A stretch of DNA of 63,988 nucleotides, filler included, from Sandaracinaceae bacterium (GTDB lineage: Bacteria; Myxococcota_A; Polyangia; Polyangiales; JADJQN01), in the NCBI GenBank assembly GCA_947483975.1. It is 9 parts of 9 records of this genome, joined end to end, with 100 filler letters (N's around TTAATTAATTAA, not from the genome) between each part and the next. Parts side by side here need not be neighbours in the genome. Positions count along the whole stretch, not along the records: positions 52,041 to 59,199 come from CANKOL010000275.1; positions 59,300 to 63,988 come from CANKOL010000401.1; 7 more parts are not named here. The stretch is one strand, 5' to 3'. A program made the translations under genes and the position numbers. Of the stretch, positions 58,924 to 63,988 are shown in pieces. The notes beneath the pieces were generated by a model. The model was given only the letters and a program-made list of their open reading frames with translations, ran no database searches and was not told where the DNA came from. Each line of letters opens with the position of its first letter. Within the stretch, counting starts at the first letter, position 1.

Positions 58924-59051
58924 CGCTCGCTCTCCGCAGTGTAAAGGTCGGAGAAACCTAGTCTTTCTGGCGCGTTCGCGTCAAGCAAAGCGGGCCCGTC
59001 GCGGGCGATCCTCAGGCGACATCGGAGGGCCGTCCGTGATACGCCCCACTG

Positions 59052-59199
59052 ATGTCCAAGCCGACCCAGAATCCCGCGAGTCCGTTCCGCACGCCGCGCA
59101 TCTCCGGCGCGGCGCTCCGCGCGCTCGCGCTCGCGACCCGCGCCGCGCCGACGCGCGCCCTGCTCGCGGCGATCACGATCCGCGACCTCGGCGTCGACG
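59052..59199 (+). CDS. N-terminal fragment of an unknown protein; 3' partial
   Basis: ATG-initiated and open to the contig end; too short to assign. Confidence 0.4.
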
Positions 59200-59299
59200 N
59201 NNNNNNNNNNNNNNNNNNNNNNNNNNNNNNNNNNNNNNNNNNNTTAATTAATTAANNNNNNNNNNNNNNNNNNNNNNNNNNNNNNNNNNNNNNNNNNNN
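59200..59299. other. Artificial contig linker
   Basis: N-run with TTAATTAATTAA. Confidence 0.99.
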
Positions 59300-59851
59300 A
59301 CGCTCGAGCTCGACGACGCGGACTTCATGGACATGGTCAGTGGCAAGGCTGACCCGATGAAGCTGTTCACGTCCGGCAAGCTGAAGATCAGCGGCAACAT
59401 CATGGCCTCGCAGAAGCTCGACTTCCTGCAGAAGCTCGACAAGAACGAGGTCGCCAAGGCGGCCGCCGCCAAGTCCGCGGTGGCCAAGCCCGCGGCGCTC
59501 CCCGCGCCCGCACCGGGGCTCAGCGCAGGCGCGCAGGCGCCGGGGATCTTCGAGAAGCTCAGCCAGCGCTTCGCCGAGAATCCCGCGCTCGCGGGCGAGC
59601 TAGGGTCGGTCGTGCAGTTCTTCGTCAAGGGGCCCGACAGCGACTTCATCGTCGACGCGGCGGGCAAGGGCGCGGTGCTGCCGGGCCGCGCGAAGGACGC
59701 GAAGGCGACCTTCACGATCAACGACGCGGACCTCGCCAAGCTCGCCTCGGGCAAGCAGAGCGTGCGCTCGCTGTTCATGCACGGAGCGCTCCGCGTCGAC
59801 GGCGATGTGTTGCTCGCGCACCGGCTCCACATTCTCCAAAACCTCGCCTGA
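59300..59851 (+). CDS. Tandem SCP2 sterol-carrier domains (C-terminus of a larger protein); 5' partial
   Basis: [18 protein letters not shown] and [12 protein letters not shown]. Confidence 0.85.
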   Translation, partial: TLELDDADFMDMVSGKADPMKLFTSGKLKISGNIMASQKLDFLQKLDKNEVAKAAAAKSAVAKPAALPAPAPGLSAGAQAPGIFEKLSQRFAENPALAGELGSVVQFFVKGPDSDFIVDAAGKGAVLPGRAKDAKATFTINDADLAKLASGKQSVRSLFMHGALRVDGDVLLAHRLHILQNLA

Positions 59852-59886
59852 TAGTCGCTCGTTTCTCAGCTAACGGAGGCACGCAT

Positions 59887-61065
59887 ATGGGCCGCAGAGT
59901 CAACGTGATCGGTGTCGGAATGGTGAAGTTCGCCAAGCCCGGCGCGAGCGACGAATACAACGTGATGGCGAGCAACGCAGCGCGCGCTGCGCTGAAGGAC
60001 GCGGGAGTCCCCTACGAGCAGATCGAGCAGGCGTATGCGGGTTATGTCTACGGAGACTCGACCTGTGGACAGCGCGCGGTCTACGAGGTGGGGCTGACGG
60101 GGATCCCCGTCTTCAACGTCAACAACAACTGCTCGACGGGTTCGACGGCGCTGATGCTCGCGCGCCAAGCGATCGAGGGCGGCATCGCCGAGTGCGTGCT
60201 CGTCGTCGGCTTCGAGCAGATGGAGAAGGGCGCGCTCGCGGCCAAGTGGACTGACCGCACGAACCCGCTCGACAAGCACGCGGGCACGATGAACGAGCTG
60301 CAGGGCTTCACGAGCGCGCCGCCCGCCGCGCAGATGTTCGGCGGCGCGGGTCGCGAGCATATGTGGAAGTACGGGACCAAGCGCGAGACCTTCGCGATGG
60401 TCTCGGCGAAGGCGCGCAAGCACGCCAACAAGAACCCGTACGCGCTCTTCACGGACATTCTCTCCGTCGAGGAGATCATGGCCGCGCCGCAGGTCTTCGA
60501 TCCGCTGACGCGCTATCAGTGCTGCCCGCCGACGTGCGGCGCCGCCGCCGCGGTGCTGTGCTCGGACGAGTTCGCCAAGAAGCATGGGATTTCGAATCCC
60601 GTCTACATCGCCGGTCAGGCGATGGCGTCGGACTTCGGCTCGAGCTTCGGTGACTCGATGATCAAGATGGTCGGCTACGACATGACCAAGGCCGCCGCCG
60701 ACAAGGTCTATGCGCAGGCGGGGCTCGGCCCGAGCGACGTGCAGGTCGTCGAGCTGCACGATTGTTTCACCGCCAACGAGGTGATCACCTACGAGGGACT
60801 CGGCCTCTGCAAAGAGGGCGAGGCCGAGAAGTTCATCATGGACGGCGACAACACCTACGGCGGCAAGTGGGTGACGAATCCGTCGGGCGGGCTGCTCAGC
60901 AAGGGCCATCCGCTCGGCGCGACCGGCCTCGCGCAGTGCACGGAGCTCGTCTGGCATCTGCGCGGGCAGGCGGAGGCGCGGCAGGTCGAGGGCGCGAAGG
61001 TCGCCCTGCAGCACAACCTCGGCCTCGGCGGCGCCTGCGTCGTCACGATGTATCGGCGGGACTGA
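59887..61065 (+). CDS. SCP-x-type thiolase (lipid-transfer protein)
   Basis: [46 protein letters not shown]. Confidence 0.93.
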   Translation: MGRRVNVIGVGMVKFAKPGASDEYNVMASNAARAALKDAGVPYEQIEQAYAGYVYGDSTCGQRAVYEVGLTGIPVFNVNNNCSTGSTALMLARQAIEGGIAECVLVVGFEQMEKGALAAKWTDRTNPLDKHAGTMNELQGFTSAPPAAQMFGGAGREHMWKYGTKRETFAMVSAKARKHANKNPYALFTDILSVEEIMAAPQVFDPLTRYQCCPPTCGAAAAVLCSDEFAKKHGISNPVYIAGQAMASDFGSSFGDSMIKMVGYDMTKAAADKVYAQAGLGPSDVQVVELHDCFTANEVITYEGLGLCKEGEAEKFIMDGDNTYGGKWVTNPSGGLLSKGHPLGATGLAQCTELVWHLRGQAEARQVEGAKVALQHNLGLGGACVVTMYRRD

Positions 61066-61234
61066 AGAGCCGTCGAAAAATGCCCGATAGCGGCTTACGT
61101 CCTCACGCGGACCCTGCGAAATACAGGAGTATTCCTCGGGTCCGCGCTCCGCGGGGTGCCTGGGGCGTCGGCTGCTAGCAGCCGGCGGGGCCCCCGGGCC
61201 GGCGCTCGCTCTCGGTCGATTTTTCTACGGCTCT
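61066..61234. mobile_element. MITE-like element, 169 bp, with 16-bp TIRs and TGA flanking repeats
   Basis: agagccgtcgaaaaat ... atttttctacggctct (15/16 inverted match); TGA at 61063-65 and 61235-37; internal hairpins. Confidence 0.7.
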
Positions 61235-61255
61235 TGAGCCGGCGCGCGGCGTCGA

Positions 61256-62380
61256 CTACTCGGGGAGCCTCGCGCCGATGACGCGCGAGAGCTCCGCGCC
61301 GAGGTTCTCGTTCGTCAGGCGCGCGCTGAGCGCGTGAAACTCGGGGAGCGCCGCTTGATAGGCAGTGTCGAGGCGGAGAATGCCGCTCTCCTGCGCGGCG
61401 CTCCCGAAGATCGCCATCGTGTCCTCGGCGAGCGCGGGGAGGCCCTTGTAGGTGCCGTCGCGGAGCAGCAATTGCGCCGTGCCCGCGTACATCAGCATCC
61501 CGCCGGGGATCGCGCCGATCGCCGTCGTGCAGAGCGGCGGATAGCAGATGCGGATCGTGCGGGCGCCGTGCGTGTCGCGGATGCGCTTCATGCTCTCGCG
61601 CGCGAGAAGCTTCGCGCCGGCGAGCGGGCCCATGCCGTAGACCGGATCGTCGGACTCGAAGTCGTAGTCCGCGAAGGCGACGACGCTCTCGCCGGGCACG
61701 AGCAGCCCCGCCGCGGCGAGCGCGTCGGCCCACGGATCGGTGGACGTGCCCATCATCTTGTTGGTGCGGTCGATGTCCGCCTGCGTCGCGATGTCGACCT
61801 CGACGAGCCCGAGCTTGCGGACGTTCTCGACGCGGGTGAAATCGGGCGTCTGCCGCACGCCATCGAAGGCGACGTCGAGGTCGCGGACGAGCGCCTTGCC
61901 GTGCTGCTCGTAGCGCTTGGTCGCGCCCGCCGCGATGCCGTTGATGACGTGCACGACGCGGTACTTCTGCTTCAGCTCCGCGACGACCTGCGTGATCACG
62001 TCGGGCTTGGTCGCGTCCTCGTTGCGGAAGGTGACGTCGACGCCGGCCTCGCGCGCGGCCTCCGTGATCGCCTGCGCGTGGTGCGGCCCGATCTGCAGCT
62101 TCGCGCTGTCGTAGTGCACCGCGTAGACGGGCACTCCTTCGGCGAAGAGGAGCTGCACGGCGACCTGCCGCAGGATGCCGTTCGAGCCGCCGAGGAGCAG
62201 CACGCAGGCGTCCTTCGCGACCGTCGGCGAGAGCTTGCGCAGCTTGGCGCGCTGCGCGGCGAGGTCCTCGCGCGCGACGCGGAGGCCGTGCTCAGCGAGC
62301 ATCGGCAGGATGGCGCGGCGGTCGACGCCGCCGAGCGGCTGCTTGACGAAGACCTCGAGGGGCGTGTGGTCGGTGCTCAT
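61256..62380 (-). CDS. FabV-like enoyl-ACP/trans-2-enoyl-CoA reductase (divergent)
   Basis: LLLGGSNG, T..MMG..W..L..AGLL, Y-x8-K (YGMGPLAGAK), TTAIGAIP. Confidence 0.7.
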   Translation of the reverse strand: MSTDHTPLEVFVKQPLGGVDRRAILPMLAEHGLRVAREDLAAQRAKLRKLSPTVAKDACVLLLGGSNGILRQVAVQLLFAEGVPVYAVHYDSAKLQIGPHHAQAITEAAREAGVDVTFRNEDATKPDVITQVVAELKQKYRVVHVINGIAAGATKRYEQHGKALVRDLDVAFDGVRQTPDFTRVENVRKLGLVEVDIATQADIDRTNKMMGTSTDPWADALAAAGLLVPGESVVAFADYDFESDDPVYGMGPLAGAKLLARESMKRIRDTHGARTIRICYPPLCTTAIGAIPGGMLMYAGTAQLLLRDGTYKGLPALAEDTMAIFGSAAQESGILRLDTAYQAALPEFHALSARLTNENLGAELSRVIGARLPE

Positions 62381-62566
62381 GGCGCGCGAGGGTAGCGCAG
62401 AGTCGCCGGGCCGCATGAGCGGGACATCACGCGTGCCGCTCGACCCTCGGGGCAGGCGCGTTCGCTCGCCGCGCTCGTCGCCGCGGCGGGGCGAGCCCGC
62501 GCGAGGGGCGGAGCCGCGCGAGTCTGGCGATTGCTACTTTGCCGAAAAGACCCCAACGTCGTCGAT

Positions 62567-63610
62567 ATGCCTGCTTTGACTCGCTTGCTCGTCGCCGCTC
62601 GATTCGGGTGTGGTGCGCTGCTGCTCGTGGCCGGGTCGGCGTTCGTCGGAGGGGCCGTGCCGAGCCGCGCGCGCGCGTGCTTGCCCCCCGCGCCGTGCGT
62701 GCCGCCCTCGACGACGATGCCGCCCGACGGTGCGGTGGACGTGCCCTTGAACGTGGAGGTCGAGGCGGTGCGCACGAGCGAGTCGGCCGCGACGCCGGTG
62801 GTCGTCGTGACGCTGCGGGTCGCGCGCACGGGCTTCGTGGTGCCCTTGGTCGAGGCGCGCACGCCGCGGAGGTTTCGCCCAGAGTCGCCGCTCGCGCCGA
62901 ACACGCGCTACGAGCTGCTCGCGCCGCTGAACGTCCCGCGCGACCCGTGGGGCCCGACCTGCCTCGACACGCCGACGGTCGTCGCGACCTTCACGACGGG
63001 CACCGGGACGGACACGACCGCGCCGAGCGGGCTCACGGCGAGCGCCGGTGGTTGCAGCACCGCGGCGTGCGATCAGGAGGCGTGCTGTGGCCCCTACGAC
63101 GCCGTCATCGCGCGCGCCGTCTGGGACGCGACGGACGACGGGGGCCTCCCAGTGTCGTTCGCCTTCGGCTCGCCCGACGGACCGCGCACCTACGCGCGGG
63201 GCGGCTCGGCGGCGAGCCTGCGCTCGGGCTCGAGCGGCGCCGACCCGCTCGTCATGGCGGTGCCGCTCCCCGGCGGCGGTCCCGTGTTCGCGATCGACGC
63301 GGCGGGCAACGTGTCCCTCGAGAGCGCGCCCTTCACGCTCGACTTCTCCTGCGGCTACCCGACGCCGGACGTCGATGCGGGCGTCGACCTCGACGGCGGC
63401 GGCTTGCTGGGCGGCGACTCCGGGCTCGGTGACTCCGGGCTCGAGGGTGGCGCGCGCTGCGACGGCGCCGTCTGTCCGCCCGCGGTGCCTGCGCCGGGCG
63501 GCTGCGGCGTCGCGCCGGGCACCTCGTCGTCGGGCACGTTCGGCGCGCTCCTGCTCTCGCTCGTCGCGCTCGCCGCGAGGCGACGCAGCCGCGCAGGAGC
63601 GCTACCGTAG
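62567..63610 (+). CDS. Exported Ig-like domain protein with a MYXO-CTERM-like tail
   Basis: Signal peptide ARA-C; PPDGAVDVPLN...LAPNTRY...FTTG; ends GGCGV...hydrophobic...RRRSR. Confidence 0.75.
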   Translation: MPALTRLLVAARFGCGALLLVAGSAFVGGAVPSRARACLPPAPCVPPSTTMPPDGAVDVPLNVEVEAVRTSESAATPVVVVTLRVARTGFVVPLVEARTPRRFRPESPLAPNTRYELLAPLNVPRDPWGPTCLDTPTVVATFTTGTGTDTTAPSGLTASAGGCSTAACDQEACCGPYDAVIARAVWDATDDGGLPVSFAFGSPDGPRTYARGGSAASLRSGSSGADPLVMAVPLPGGGPVFAIDAAGNVSLESAPFTLDFSCGYPTPDVDAGVDLDGGGLLGGDSGLGDSGLEGGARCDGAVCPPAVPAPGGCGVAPGTSSSGTFGALLLSLVALAARRRSRAGALP

Positions 63611-63614
63611 GCCG

Positions 63615-63988
63615 ATGCTCCTCAAGATCGTGCAGGCAGGTCACCCGGTGCTGCGGGAGCGCGCCCGCGAGCTCACGCTCGAGGAGCTTCGCTCGGCGGA
63701 CGCGCAGCGCCTGATCGCGCTGATGCGCGACACGATGCGCGACGCGCCGGGCGTCGGGCTCGCGGCGCCGCAGGTCGGCGTCGGGCTGCGCCTCGCCGTC
63801 ATCGAGGACGCGCCGGCGCACCTGACGAGCGTGGGGCTCGAGGCGCGCACGCTGCGCGAGCGCGAGTCGGTGCCGTTCCACGTGCTCGTGAACCCGACGC
63901 TCGTCCTCGTGCCGGGCGAGGAGGTCAGCTTCGCCGAGGGCTGCCTCAGCGTGCGCGGCTTTCTCGCGAAGGTCTCGCGGGCGCGCTC
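63615..63988 (+). CDS. def: Peptide deformylase; 3' partial
   Basis: My translation: GHPVLR...PGVGLAAPQVG...NP...EGCLSV; not in the ORF track. Confidence 0.93.
   Translation, partial: MLLKIVQAGHPVLRERARELTLEELRSADAQRLIALMRDTMRDAPGVGLAAPQVGVGLRLAVIEDAPAHLTSVGLEARTLRERESVPFHVLVNPTLVLVPGEEVSFAEGCLSVRGFLAKVSRAR

Overview
This window is not one locus. It contains nine short contigs joined by artificial 100-bp linkers (44 N + TTAATTAATTAA + 44 N). The seven complete contigs decrease in length from 7398 to 7159 bp, so adjacency across a linker is meaningless. The DNA is very GC-rich. The gene content (MYXO-CTERM-like tails, RCC1/Cys-rich lipoproteins, an FHA-sigma54 activator, a TIGR04552-like protein) points to a myxobacterium, probably Polyangiales/Sandaracinaceae-like (inference). 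Housekeeping genes include yebC-ruvC-ruvA-ruvB, obgE, queG, def, corA, a FabV-like reductase and an SCP-x thiolase. Signalling genes include LytS/LytTR, CheB-CheR-PAS plus a PAS kinase, a RegB-like kinase, LysR and a multi-receiver protein. There are many surface lipoproteins. I saw no rRNA, tRNA, CRISPR array or transposase. Best leads: (1) a coupled DUF455 di-iron protein + ATP-grasp-like pair; (2) a RelA/SpoT-like TIGR04552 gene preceded by an unannotated 59-aa lipopeptide ORF; (3) TAnnnT -10 boxes 6-8 nt before many start codons, suggesting widespread leaderless transcription; (4) a 169-bp MITE-like element with a TGA target-site duplication at a stop codon; (5) candidate protein glycosylation genes (TMTC-like GT coupled to a surface protein; GT41-FkbM fusion); (6) a disintegrin-repeat surface protein; (7) two genes inserted into the ruvCAB operon; (8) a RegA-type box upstream of a CxxCxC barrel/regB operon. 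All family calls come from motif recognition by eye, not from database searches.
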